From: Naegleria gruberi
Lineage: Eukaryota
DNA length: 64,000 nt
NCBI GenBank assembly: GCA_000004985.1
Contig: GG738887.1
Reading direction: 5' to 3' (one strand)
In this document: positions 22,760-33,881 of the stretch, piece after piece
Position numbering within the stretch: the first letter of the stretch is position 1
How the letters are laid out: every line of letters begins with the position of its first letter
The notes under the pieces: model-generated
What the model was told of the DNA's origin: nothing
Database searches by the model: none
Seen by the model: the letters and a program-made list of their open reading frames with translations, nothing else
Program-made: the position numbers and the translations under genes

Positions 22760-23358
22760 TTTCTCTGTTTAAAATTGCAGAATGAGATTTGTAGTTTTTT
22801 TTTAGATTTTGAAAATATTTTGTTCATCCTTGATAACTTGGTGTCATATTGAGAATTGGGGATGGAAGGAAGGAATGCATTATCGGATAGAATGTTGAGA
22901 AGATATTGGAGAGAGATGAGTGAGAAAATTGCTCTCGGAAGCACAATTTTTGAATGGACATCCTGCTAAACGAGTTGATTCAACCAAAGATGTCGAGAGA
23001 ATGCAAAGATATGATAATACTTTGATTAGGTTGAGCAATACAGGAGGAGAAGAAGAGAATGTTAAAGGTAAAAGAATATGAAATGACAATACTTCCTTCT
23101 TTGGCTAATTGGATAGATTTGGAAAGTATTCTGATACAGTATTGTTGTTGTGTGAAACTTCTAAAATTGTGTCTTCTGAGTATAGTTCTTGAGGTACAAA
23201 CAAGTTGATATTTCAAGGAGAAGGTTCTTTTGATTATTCATTAAGGTTCAACAACTTTACAACAATATCATTCAGCAAAAATCAAAAGATTTGGAAATCA
23301 TTCTTATTGATTCAGTAAGATAGTTCAATGAAAAAGTTGGTGTCAGCAAATATAAATA

Positions 23359-24036
23359 TTATTTCTTTTTTTTGGATGGTTTTTTCTTATTGGAAGATTG
23401 TTTTGGTGGAGGAGGTGGAGCTTGTTTTTTGTTAGGTTTCTTTTGTTGTTGAGGTTTCTCATCCGAATCCTCATAATAAATGTCATCATCTTCCTCATCA
23501 TCATAGTACAAATCATCTTCCTCATCATCATCATAGTCATCATAATCGTCCATCAGGTCGGAGAAAAAGTTACTGAATGCTTCTCGTTGTTCATAATTAT
23601 CCTCCCCACCTTCGTCAACCCATTCATTTTCTTCCACAGTTTCAATACATTTTTCTATACTACCATAATGATAAATCATTGACCAAAAGGAATTCAAATC
23701 GGTCGAGTAATGTTCAGGTTCTTCATACCTTTCGGTAACCTCTATATATTGAACCAGTTGATCTTCTCCTAATAATTTGACATCCCTATCAATGACTTGT
23801 CCTTCCTCCTTCGGAGGAGAATTGCTACTCGATTGCCAAAACATAACATCACCTTTATATTTACCATCTTCCGAATTTCTTTTTCCAAAAGTAATAAATT
23901 TATAATTTCCATTCCTCACTGCGTGATATCTTTTCAAGCCTTGTTCTTTACAATGTTGGCATCCTCCTTCTTTCCAAGGATGTACTTCAAAATCACCATG
24001 GTCACATAAACTATAGAGAGGACAAATAATTGGCAT
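23359..24036 (-). CDS. Hypothetical acidic protein (225 aa) with a Cys/His-rich N-terminus and a D/E/Y-rich, K-rich C-terminus.
   Basis: ATG at 24036. Uninterrupted ORF. No family recognised. Confidence 0.4.
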   Translation of the reverse strand: MPIICPLYSLCDHGDFEVHPWKEGGCQHCKEQGLKRYHAVRNGNYKFITFGKRNSEDGKYKGDVMFWQSSSNSPPKEEGQVIDRDVKLLGEDQLVQYIEVTERYEEPEHYSTDLNSFWSMIYHYGSIEKCIETVEENEWVDEGGEDNYEQREAFSNFFSDLMDDYDDYDDDEEDDLYYDDEEDDDIYYEDSDEKPQQQKKPNKKQAPPPPPKQSSNKKKPSKKKK

Positions 24037-24086
24037 TTTTTTTGTTGATGATTATTTAAAAGTTTAATTTTTTTTAATACTTTAAT

Positions 24087-26084
24087 TTATTTAGTTTTTG
24101 CCAATAAACTTAAAATATTCTCAATGACTGCTTGTGGATTATCGATGGCAATGTTGTGTGAGGAACCCCAAACAATTTCCTGAGATGATTCTGTGGAGAG
24201 TGAGAGAATATCATCGACAAGAGTGTCAAGTGCCTTAGCTCTTGGAATCATGTATTTGATGAATTGAGAACACAATTCTGAATCTTCTTTAAGGTGGTTT
24301 TCAGCACATGTTCCATTAAGGTTGGCACCAGCTCTCAAAACAACAAGTGGTAAATTTCCAAATCCATTTCCTCTATTTTCGTATACTTGTTGAGCTGAAA
24401 GTGTTGCAAAGTTAGTTCCTTCAGAGTAGACTACGTTTGATTGTTTGTTGGAAAGTGCAGTAAATGAAAGAGTTTTAGATTGGAGACTGGTCAAATAAGG
24501 TTTGCTAAATGGATTGATAATTTCAGTACCTTGGACTGCAGAGGTCAATCTGAGAAAACCTAAAGGAGATAAAACTCTAGCAGTATTGAGATATGCTTTT
24601 TCAATTAATTGATCCTTTTCAATTGCTGATGGTTCGATACTCTTACCTTCAGCTGCTCTGAGGAGTGTAGTTTGATTTTCATGGGATGGATCAATAAGGA
24701 GCAAACCAGCAACACTCTCAGGATATTTACTGGCATAGAGTCTAACATTCATTCCACCAAATGAGTGACCAACAAGGAGAATTTTTTCTGTGATATTTGA
24801 TGTCTTCAATAGTGTGTTCAATTCTTCTACAATTTGAAGGGAAGAACGAGGGAAATAACCATTATCACTAAATCCATAACCAGCTCTATCGTAGACACAA
24901 ATCTTTGAATGATTTGAAATTGCACTTTGAATATCAGACCAATAGACACCAGAGCTTGAAATGCCCAAACCTGAATCTATCACCACAGTTGGATACTTAT
25001 TATTTGAATCTCCTCTGCAATCAATGTGAAGTCTGTAGGTGGATCCATCAGAGAGGGTTATTTGCATGAGTTTACCACTTGGCAATACTTCATCAACTGC
25101 ATAACCAATCGATTGATACAAGTAGAGGGCAGATAAGACCAATAATGGAATCCAGAAAGTTATGAGAAGGCATCCCTTGACACACATGTTACACATGCAA
25201 TACTTGGTCAATTTAAATGATTCCTTAGCTCTGTCAGCGAAACCATTTCCGTTTTCATCAGTGAGAGGTGAAACTCTATTGTCTCTTCTCATTAACCCAA
25301 CTGGCTTCAATTCTTCCTCATATTGAGGGTCATAATAAGTACTGTCATTATATTGTCTTGAATATCTACTGTTATTACTGGTGGCATTACTATAATTAGC
25401 ACTGTTATATTCCAAAAATCCTTCATGCATTGAATCTCGAGGTCTCAATAACTTGTCGTAGTGATAAATTTCAGAAATCCCTCTTCCTGCAACCCAATTA
25501 TACTTGATAATAGTGAGAACAATTGTGAAAATTCCGAGTGAAATCAATGAAAATCCACACAATCCAGCAACATATTCCACTTCAGCCACACTTGCATATG
25601 TAATAAAAATAGTAAATCCCATTCCAATTAATAAACTAGCCATTAATCCTCTCAATATTAAAAAGCACTTTGTTTTGATATTTCATAATACTCTCCAAAT
25701 GAACTAAACTTACAATCAGTGATGGAAATTGTTTATGTTTGTTCCTAAAATCAAACACCAACTTGATAAGAATATCCGAATACGCATCCAACAAGACAAA
25801 GAATGCATAAATTGATGTTATCATCAAACACCAAAACCCAGTAAACGAACTATCGAATAACAATAATAATCCATTACATGATACCAAAAAAGATCACCAA
25901 AATCAAAATCATCACACATTCCGATCATTATCAATTTTACTCACCTCGTAATTGTATGAAATCCATCACTAAAACCCTGCACTGCGAACAGAATCGCAAC
26001 ACTCAACGACGGCACACCCACAAACAAGAGTAGAAGTATAGAAAATACATAGAAAAGTGCCCGAAAGATTTTATGTTTTTGCAT
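24087..26084 (-). CDS. Lipase-like alpha/beta-hydrolase with a four-TM N-terminal region (~618 aa). Exons 26084..25945, 25849..25714 and 25667..24087; introns 25944..25850 (95 nt, GTGAGT..ATAG) and 25713..25668 (46 nt, GTAAGT..AAAG).
   Basis: Nucleophile elbow LLVGHSFGG. Splicing links three track ORFs in different frames (upstream exon, then 25636..25887, then 24087..25655) into one reading frame. Four hydrophobic helices precede the hydrolase domain. Confidence 0.65.
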
Positions 26085-26296
26085 TTTTTTGAATAATTTA
26101 AAAAGCAAAGTATAATCAGTATAATCCTGGATGGTTGGAAGTGGAAATTGAACAAGTTTGGAAGCGCGTTCCTTTAAGTTATCTTAACAATGTTAAAGAG
26201 TCATTTACAATATTGGTTTAAATAGTATTAAATAGTGTTGTAACATTAAGTCATCTGTCAAGCCATCAATGATAAAAAATCAAATCATAAAAAAAA

Positions 26297-26839
26297 ATGG
26301 CTCTCTCATCAACCTCTTCCACTAAGAAAGATCTCACTGAAGAACTCCGAGACGAATTCTATTCCAGTACCTATCGTAAAGTCTTTACCACCACCAAACT
26401 TCCTCTCTATCATCGCAAACGTGTCTGTAACATTCTGTGCTCCATACAAGAAGGTGCACTCAGAAGAAAAATCTCACGATACGAAGTTTCCTTCAACGGT
26501 ACAATGAATCAAGTATTCCAAGTGACGGAAAATAGGCAAAACCCAGAAGATGTGAGCATGTGGCTTCCAAAATTCGGATCACACATCATTAGATTTCAAA
26601 ATATTTTAAATTTGAATATTGGCGCCCAAATTAAAATTACATTCTATACACCGAATGATGGCTCGTCGTCGGGTGAGTTGCAGCTAGGTAGAGTGTTGAT
26701 TGATTTGTTTGATCCGAAGGTTTTTGCAGAGTCGAAGAATGAGGCTCGTTTGGTGGTGGATGTTACCGATTTTGAGAATAAGAATCATGGAAAGGTGGCT
26801 GTTTATATACAGGCTGAAAATTTGGTACAACAAAAGTAA
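26297..26839 (+). CDS. Hypothetical protein (180 aa).
   Basis: ATG at 26297, TAA stop. No family recognised. Confidence 0.4.
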   Translation: MALSSTSSTKKDLTEELRDEFYSSTYRKVFTTTKLPLYHRKRVCNILCSIQEGALRRKISRYEVSFNGTMNQVFQVTENRQNPEDVSMWLPKFGSHIIRFQNILNLNIGAQIKITFYTPNDGSSSGELQLGRVLIDLFDPKVFAESKNEARLVVDVTDFENKNHGKVAVYIQAENLVQQK

Positions 26840-27205
26840 ATTTAAATTGTAAAATAATAATCAATAATTGATGATACATGTATATATTTAAATAATAATA
26901 ATTATTTCGTTTTTATTTTGAAGGATTAATTTTTAATTGATCATCAATTCAAGTTATTTCCGATGTGATGAGGATGGAAAAACTTTAAAAAAAACAAGAT
27001 TAATTCCGATTGAGAAAAAATCCATTTTAGATTAATCTTTATTATCATTCCCTAGGTTGTTTAATTTACTAGTTGAATAGAAAAGCTTTTGCTTATAATT
27101 GTACATAGTCCTAGGTTAATATAGCATCAACAACAACACATTCATCATCAGCAACACTCGATTCTTTGTAAATTATTAAAATAATAGAGGAAATTAAACA
27201 ACAAT

Positions 27206-28447
27206 ATGAGTAGTGGAGCAATGGTACCTTTATCGGACAAGGAAAGACAACTTGTTACCTTCCTCTATAGGTCCATCATGAAGGCTTGTAGAAAATACGA
27301 TCAATATCCTCTCAGTAAGACAACTCTGCCCAATCCAGCCTTTACTAAATCAGAGAGTATCATGACAAGAGGTTGGACTTGTACAAAATTCGGAAAGGAA
27401 ATATTGGATAGTATTTATGGACATGGTGGAATGTACTATATTCCGAGATATGTTGGAACTCAATCTAGTGCAGCTGAAGAGGTAAAAACTGGAAAGGAAT
27501 TACTCAATACTAACAAGTGGGCGGAAAGGGAACAAAGAAGACCAATTACCTTGACAGATATGTGTAAAAAGGCATTCAGAAAACCAGAATTATTGGATGA
27601 ACAGGTCAGACAAGAGGCCTATGAAACTGGATTTGGATTTTTGAGTGAATTCAATTCACATTGGGACAAGACCAAGAAGGAGGAAGAGAAGGGAAATCTA
27701 ATTCTCAGAAAAGTCGATGGCAATACAGTGAGTGTTGAACTGACAAAGAAGGGAGAATTGGAGCATGATAATTTTGATGAAGATTCCATTGTGGCCAATT
27801 CTTACAATGACATGTTAGAGGACGAAAGAATTGCACAAATCTCACAAAAGCCTTACATTCCAGAAAATTTGGAAAAGGCCAGTGTAAATTTAGTATGCAC
27901 AAGTAGACCTCTGAAGAATCACCTCCTCATAGCTCATCCCATGCTTGCTAACAAGTATTTCGAAAGAACAGTCATTAGAATGGATGATAATATTCAAGAT
28001 ACTGGTTACATTGTTGGAAAATTATCGAATGATGAAAATACAAATGAAGACAAGAAGAAATTCGAAGATCTCCTTGAAGATGATGAAAAAACTCCAGAAT
28101 CAGAAGCTAAAGCCAAAACCCTTATGGATTTTGTTTCTCAAATTAACAGGGAGTTTGAATCTTTGGAAAAGAAGCATAGTAAAGAGGCAGAACCTGAAAG
28201 ACTTGCCAGATGGTACACTCATCAATTGGCAAATGAAATTCTCGATGGTGTTTGGATTGTTGTAGCTGTTGACATGGAAGCTTTCCTTCCATTTGCTAAG
28301 GAAACTCCATACGATAAGGTTTGGGAATATCTGGTATCACGTCTAGGAGGAGAATACGAATGTTGGAAGGATTACTTTGTAAATAAGCAAGCCAAACCTC
28401 TAAAAGAAAGAAATGAGTTTCCTAAGGTTAAAATTATTGTATTGTAA
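27206..28447 (+). CDS. Protein with a C-terminal AlgH/YqgE (UPF0301, DUF179) domain and a ~220-aa N-terminal extension (413 aa).
   Basis: NHLLIAHPMLANKYFERTVIRMDD matches the family motif LLIAxPxLxDxxFxRSVV. C-terminal LANEILDGVWIVVAVDMEAFLPF matches the AlgH C-terminal W-containing motif. Confidence 0.6.
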   Translation: MSSGAMVPLSDKERQLVTFLYRSIMKACRKYDQYPLSKTTLPNPAFTKSESIMTRGWTCTKFGKEILDSIYGHGGMYYIPRYVGTQSSAAEEVKTGKELLNTNKWAEREQRRPITLTDMCKKAFRKPELLDEQVRQEAYETGFGFLSEFNSHWDKTKKEEEKGNLILRKVDGNTVSVELTKKGELEHDNFDEDSIVANSYNDMLEDERIAQISQKPYIPENLEKASVNLVCTSRPLKNHLLIAHPMLANKYFERTVIRMDDNIQDTGYIVGKLSNDENTNEDKKKFEDLLEDDEKTPESEAKAKTLMDFVSQINREFESLEKKHSKEAEPERLARWYTHQLANEILDGVWIVVAVDMEAFLPFAKETPYDKVWEYLVSRLGGEYECWKDYFVNKQAKPLKERNEFPKVKIIVL

Positions 28448-28484
28448 ATATATAATGTACATAAGAGTATTAATAGAGATGTAA

Positions 28485-29327
28485 TTAATTATCTTTCACA
28501 AAATTGGCGAGAGCTAGTTCATATTCACATTTTAACAAACCAATTTGCTCGCTCAAATAGTGTTCGTATTGATTGGAGTTTTTCTTCTTCTTTGGAGTGG
28601 CAATATCTGAATCATTCAAACTCTTTAGATTGGTGGCTGAAGTTGTTGCTGAGGTCAAAACTCCTTGATTTTCCTTAACTTCACGATTCTCCAAAATATA
28701 TTTCAATCCCAAACGAATATCCAATATTTCACTCACTGGATCGAGAGCTTGTTCTGGAGTTTTCATTATTGGCTTATCAATTATTCCTCTCGATTGAACA
28801 TTTCTCTGAGTTTCTGTAAATTCCTCTCCAATCTTGGCAACCTTTCTCACCATCTCTTCAATAATATTGAAATCACTTTGATAGTGAGAGAATGGTTCTT
28901 TTGTATTTTGTAATTTTTCAATATTTCCCAACAAGTGAGTCAAAATCTTGAAATCTTTGGATACACTGGACATTAATGTCTTGATTTGAATCTTTTCCTT
29001 TAAACTCAATTGACCAACTTCGGAACTACTTGTCGAAATGATATCTTTCTTTTGTGATTGCATTTGTTGTATATAAAAATCCAAAACTGCTAGGGCTTTC
29101 CTAGAACCACCAACTAAATGTACCTTTCGAATTTCAAACTCACGAATCGGATCGACAACTTTAGATGTTTTGGCAGCAATCATTTCTTCAACATGTTTAC
29201 TAGTTTCGGCATCTTCTTCAGAGAAGGAAGCAAAAATTGCAAAATCATTTTGTTTTCTCTTCTTTCTAGCTTCGTTGAAGTGTTTGATAGATTGGCTATC
29301 ACTTTCACTGGAGAGAGATTCGAACAT
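28485..29327 (-). CDS. Hypothetical protein (280 aa).
   Basis: ATG at 29327. Uninterrupted ORF. No family recognised. Confidence 0.4.
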   Translation of the reverse strand: MFESLSSESDSQSIKHFNEARKKRKQNDFAIFASFSEEDAETSKHVEEMIAAKTSKVVDPIREFEIRKVHLVGGSRKALAVLDFYIQQMQSQKKDIISTSSSEVGQLSLKEKIQIKTLMSSVSKDFKILTHLLGNIEKLQNTKEPFSHYQSDFNIIEEMVRKVAKIGEEFTETQRNVQSRGIIDKPIMKTPEQALDPVSEILDIRLGLKYILENREVKENQGVLTSATTSATNLKSLNDSDIATPKKKKNSNQYEHYLSEQIGLLKCEYELALANFVKDN

Positions 29328-29563
29328 TTTTTTATATCTTTGATAAAACTACTGTTTGAATAACTCTGGAAGGTGATGGGAGACATTTCATACGGTTGTC
29401 ATGTAATTTACAGTTGTAAATGAACATTTGTGGCATAGGTATACGCTTACGGTTCTTCTGCCCTTTTCATTAATTTCAGTTAGGTCATGTCAGGCCATGG
29501 ACACAAATATTGAAGAGTGGACATGATATTTGGAATTGCAGCTCGCTGTCAATATCATATCTT

Positions 29564-30532
29564 TTATATGAAAACTAAACCCCAATCTTTGACAATCCTC
29601 TTCAATAAAGTATTCTTCTTGTTTGCATTCTGAAATATCTCATAAAACGAATGATTCGAAATGGCAAAATTGAATATCGTCTTGACATTTCCAATATATT
29701 CAAGAATGCAAAACAGCATGTCCTTATCATGTTGAAGTCTACTAAAATCTAAAGGTTTGCCATCACCAACTCTATCATCCTCATCAATTGGATTAATTTT
29801 ATGCATCATTTTTCTATATGCTCCCAATAGATCTTCATCCCAGTCAAGATTTGAGGTTTCCTTCTTGATAAATTCCAATACCTCCCTATTAAAATCATCC
29901 TCATTATTTTGCTCCTTATTATGATCATCATCATTGCTGACCTTCTTTTTCTTTCGAGGTGTTTCACTACTAAAATACTGTTGGTATTCTTCACTCAAAA
30001 CTTTCAATAAAACTCTATCATTCACTTCAGTGTCAAATTCACACAATTCCACATATCTGAATAAATAAACTGGATGAATGAAAGCTTGGTTTAACACTGT
30101 CCAAACATTCTCAAAACTCGAAAACATTCGATAATCAGCAAAACATTCCTTTTCCAATTTAGGAACATTCCTTTCACCAAATAATTGTGCCATGATCACC
30201 TTCTCTCCTTCCTCTCCATCTTCTTCATTCTCTTCATCATTCTCTCCTTCAACATCCTCCTCATTCTCTTGATCATTATTTTCCACTATTATCAATTCAT
30301 CATCATTATCATCACCATCAAATAAAACCAAATGATCATCAAATTCCGAAATACCAAATCCCTTCATTGAATAAAAACTCTGTGTATAGACAATTGTATT
30401 TTCAATGGATTGGAGGAGTTGCTTGCAATAACCCGAAACTCTGTTTGGTGTAGCATGTTTTAAAGCCTCTCCTAATTCGATTAAATTAACAAGATAGAAA
30501 TTGATTGGTGTAGAGTTTCGTGTTCTTGCCAT
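29564..30532 (-). CDS. Hypothetical acidic protein (~322 aa from the first ATG at 30532; the track ORF starts at TTG 30595).
   Basis: Long D/E/N-rich tracts. No family recognised. Confidence 0.4.
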   Translation of the reverse strand: MARTRNSTPINFYLVNLIELGEALKHATPNRVSGYCKQLLQSIENTIVYTQSFYSMKGFGISEFDDHLVLFDGDDNDDELIIVENNDQENEEDVEGENDEENEEDGEEGEKVIMAQLFGERNVPKLEKECFADYRMFSSFENVWTVLNQAFIHPVYLFRYVELCEFDTEVNDRVLLKVLSEEYQQYFSSETPRKKKKVSNDDDHNKEQNNEDDFNREVLEFIKKETSNLDWDEDLLGAYRKMMHKINPIDEDDRVGDGKPLDFSRLQHDKDMLFCILEYIGNVKTIFNFAISNHSFYEIFQNANKKNTLLKRIVKDWGLVFI

Positions 30533-30617
30533 TTTTTTTGATTGTAATTGTTGGTCAACCTGAAATATTAGTATTAAAAAATTAGTTAATTTCAATTTAA
30601 TTTCAAAGAAGAAATCA

Positions 30618-32069
30618 TTATTTTTGCTGCCTTATTAAAACTCCGTTAACACTCAATTTTTCCAAACTCACCAATGAAGTACAATTTTCAAGCAATTTCA
30701 AAGCAACTTCAGTAGCTTCATTACCTCTATAGATCAGCTTCTTTAAATTTGGAAATAATTGATCCATAACAGGTTTAAAGAGCAGTGAAAAGTAAATTAG
30801 TTCTAAAGTTTCCAATGAGTATAAACATTCGGCTGAAAAATATTCTGAGAAATCGAATGGAGGATGATACCAATTTAAGGGTCTTTGAAGAGAAAGACTC
30901 TTGAGATTCTTACAATATTTGGTAATTAGTGCTAGGTTTTGAATATTTGACATTATTTTCAGTTCCTTGATTAGGCAATTTGGATTAGGTTCGTCTAGTT
31001 TCGTATCGGTATTGGATTCTTTCACAGTAATAGACTTTAGTTCCAAATACTTTAAATTAGGAAACCTTGATGAAACTAATTGTGAAAGGAATGATTTGGT
31101 TACTTCACAATCTTCCAAAACAAGCCTTTCCAATACAGGTAATTGTAATTCTACTGAGAAGAATGTCATGTAGCTCAATTTCACACGTTTCAAAAGTGGA
31201 CACTTTGCCATCAAATTACAAACAATATTCCTGTCATTGAAATTAATTAGGTTTCTTCCAGTTACTTCAAGATTGGCGAGTTTAGATAACTTGACATTGT
31301 CCCATTCATTATTGGTAGTAGATAATGCTAACAATTCCAAACTCTCCAAATTCGAAACCATTTGCGAGGAGAGCATTTTCTCCACACATCCTGAAAAGAA
31401 TGAATTGAGAACTAACTTTTTAGGTTTCAGCCTCTTGGTAGAACACAATTGGGAAATACTTTGAACGCCCAAATCAGTCAAAGATAAATTCTCAAGACCT
31501 TTCAAACGTTTCGTCTTGCACAAGACCTTAATAGAATCAAGGGAAGGTTTGTTAATATCCAATGAAGTTATACGATTAGCAAACTTGAAATTCTTCATGC
31601 TTCTAATCAGGTAGCTCTTCTTCTTTGAGAGGGTTCCATAGAGTGATGTCTTGCTCAAACTCTCTCTCCAAATCTTGGACACGTATTGGCAAGTACAGAG
31701 AATCATTTTAGAATCGAGGAATTGGTAAATGTAAGAGATTGTGTCTGTATTTAATCGCTCCGAGGCAAGTTTCTTTCTTAAAACTCCCAAATGACCCAAG
31801 AATAGATGAATATTATCCACAAATTCATCGACCATATCACAATGATTCAACATGTACGAATAGTCGACACTGAGGAGTTTGCTATTGAGGGTAATGAGGC
31901 CAGAGTTCACTTTTGTCATATAATCAAAAACTTGGTGCTCAATGGATTTTTCTTCACGGCGGTCTTCATAGAGCATAAATTCATCAGTATCCACTTCGAT
32001 AACATCAAGTGGTTCTTGTGCAATATTGTCGTACTTTCTCTTCTTGATTTGTTGTTTGTGTTGAGACAT
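30618..32069 (-). CDS. F-box/leucine-rich-repeat protein (483 aa).
   Basis: N-terminal F-box-like segment followed by LRRs of the LxxLxLxxC/N type (NLKYLELKS, NLKSLSLQR, LEKLSV). Confidence 0.6.
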   Translation of the reverse strand: MSQHKQQIKKRKYDNIAQEPLDVIEVDTDEFMLYEDRREEKSIEHQVFDYMTKVNSGLITLNSKLLSVDYSYMLNHCDMVDEFVDNIHLFLGHLGVLRKKLASERLNTDTISYIYQFLDSKMILCTCQYVSKIWRESLSKTSLYGTLSKKKSYLIRSMKNFKFANRITSLDINKPSLDSIKVLCKTKRLKGLENLSLTDLGVQSISQLCSTKRLKPKKLVLNSFFSGCVEKMLSSQMVSNLESLELLALSTTNNEWDNVKLSKLANLEVTGRNLINFNDRNIVCNLMAKCPLLKRVKLSYMTFFSVELQLPVLERLVLEDCEVTKSFLSQLVSSRFPNLKYLELKSITVKESNTDTKLDEPNPNCLIKELKIMSNIQNLALITKYCKNLKSLSLQRPLNWYHPPFDFSEYFSAECLYSLETLELIYFSLLFKPVMDQLFPNLKKLIYRGNEATEVALKLLENCTSLVSLEKLSVNGVLIRQQK

Positions 32070-32246
32070 TTTTTCTCTGGTTTAAATTTCTGTTGAATAA
32101 TCATCGTGATGGTTTTATTGCCCTTTCGATTGCTTTACATCTTCCATGATAAGGTGGATTTATAGGGCCTTAGTGGAAATTGTAAATTCTATCAAAGCAT
32201 CTACCTAAGAACAAAGAAGGACAATGTGAAACTAATTCACCACCTC

Positions 32247-33521
32247 TCACAAAAGATTAGGATTTAAAAAGATAGGTAATCTCTTCTTGGATATTAGCTT
32301 GTCCATACTCCAAATCTCTTCATAGTTGGTACCATCACTCGTTGAGATGATACCTCTTCCGTGCTTTTTAGAATAGTCCCACTTTCCCTTAAAGCAACCA
32401 CCATTGGCAAAGTAATAAATTCCCTCACCATGTTTCTTATCTTGTTTCCAATTTCCCTCATAGACATCACCATTCTTATAACTGTACACTCCATATCCTT
32501 CCTTAACATCATTCACAATGCTGCCTTCATATATTCCGTTGGAGAGAATGATTTTAGCTTGGCCAAACTTTCTGTCTCTTTCCCATGTTCCTTCATAGAC
32601 AGTTACTCCATCACTATAGTACAGCGCTCCAAGACCATGTCTTTTACCTTCAATGAATTCACCCTCATAAACTGATTGGTCCTTGAAAATATATCTTCCT
32701 TTTCCATGAGGAAAGTTATTGGAGAATTCTCCCTCATAAGACTCGCTATTACTGTACAGTAGGACTCCACTTCCTTCCTTCTTGTCATCTCTCCATTCAC
32801 CTTTATATTTGTTGGAGGAGGTTTTTAAAACACCCTTTCCATGTTTCATTCCATTGACAAAAGTTCCTTTGTACATGGAGCCATCTTTGAAGATTTGACT
32901 ACCTGCACCATTGGCTTTTCCATCTACAAAGTTGCATGTCACTACATTTCCATTGTAGCCAGTTAATGTTCCTGCACCATTTGGAATAAAATCGAAATGT
33001 TGACCAGTGTAAATTCCTTCTCCTTCAATTTCAAATGAATCAGTGTTATCATAGGATGGATCGTTCTTAAGGGCTGATTTGTTCAAACTGCTTCGAGAAG
33101 TATTTAGTGCTGAACGATGGTTTTCAATCTTTTCAAGAATTGGATCAGATCCCCTATCGAGTGGAACTTCTTCTGAGAAAGGTGCTTCAAGACCAGGCAA
33201 ATCTCCCTCATCAATCTCCTCAACAATCAACTTTTGGAGTGGTATTTGAGGTGAATATTTACACCAAAAATCATCATTTGTAAATGGTACACTGGATTCT
33301 TTCAACATTCCATTCAGATCATCAACGTGCTTTCTCGTTTTTTCTATCTGCTTGTTGATACCGTCAATGTCAGATTCATTTAGGAGTGTGGAATTGTTTC
33401 CCTTTTCGAGGGTAGGCATTGGAGTGACCATGATGGTATCGTGGGGTTGGTTGTGGTAATCAATCTTGTAATTAATATATGCTTGATGAGTTGGTGAATT
33501 AGGGTTATATTGAGAGAACAT
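32247..33521 (-). CDS. MORN-repeat protein (424 aa).
   Basis: At least eight tandem YxGxWxxxxxHGxG MORN units (YEGEFSNNFPHGKG, YEGEFIEGKRHGLG, YEGNWKQDKKHGEG, ...). Confidence 0.75.
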   Translation of the reverse strand: MFSQYNPNSPTHQAYINYKIDYHNQPHDTIMVTPMPTLEKGNNSTLLNESDIDGINKQIEKTRKHVDDLNGMLKESSVPFTNDDFWCKYSPQIPLQKLIVEEIDEGDLPGLEAPFSEEVPLDRGSDPILEKIENHRSALNTSRSSLNKSALKNDPSYDNTDSFEIEGEGIYTGQHFDFIPNGAGTLTGYNGNVVTCNFVDGKANGAGSQIFKDGSMYKGTFVNGMKHGKGVLKTSSNKYKGEWRDDKKEGSGVLLYSNSESYEGEFSNNFPHGKGRYIFKDQSVYEGEFIEGKRHGLGALYYSDGVTVYEGTWERDRKFGQAKIILSNGIYEGSIVNDVKEGYGVYSYKNGDVYEGNWKQDKKHGEGIYYFANGGCFKGKWDYSKKHGRGIISTSDGTNYEEIWSMDKLISKKRLPIFLNPNLL

Positions 33522-33881
33522 GGCAGCAATACTATTATTAAGAGTCCTCTTTTCTGAGCTTTTAGCTGTCTTTGCTGGTTTGGTTTCACAAAGGAAGGAG
33601 TGGCCATGAGTGGAGAGAGCTTGTCAACTCCAATTGGAGATACATTTGGGAATAAATGGGAAGGAGTTGAGAGAATATTTTTCATGATAGCTAGGGGAGT
33701 TGGAGGTTCGAATGTATCTGCAGCTTCATTAATTTCAATTGGAGAAAGCTCGTCCTCTATTGATTTTGAATTTGAACCACCTCCTGCAAATTTATAAACA
33801 ACAAAGAAGGGAATGCTTATTCCTCTATTTAACAGAATTGAATAAGGTGAAACGATAAATCCAATTATTAAATCCCAAAAC

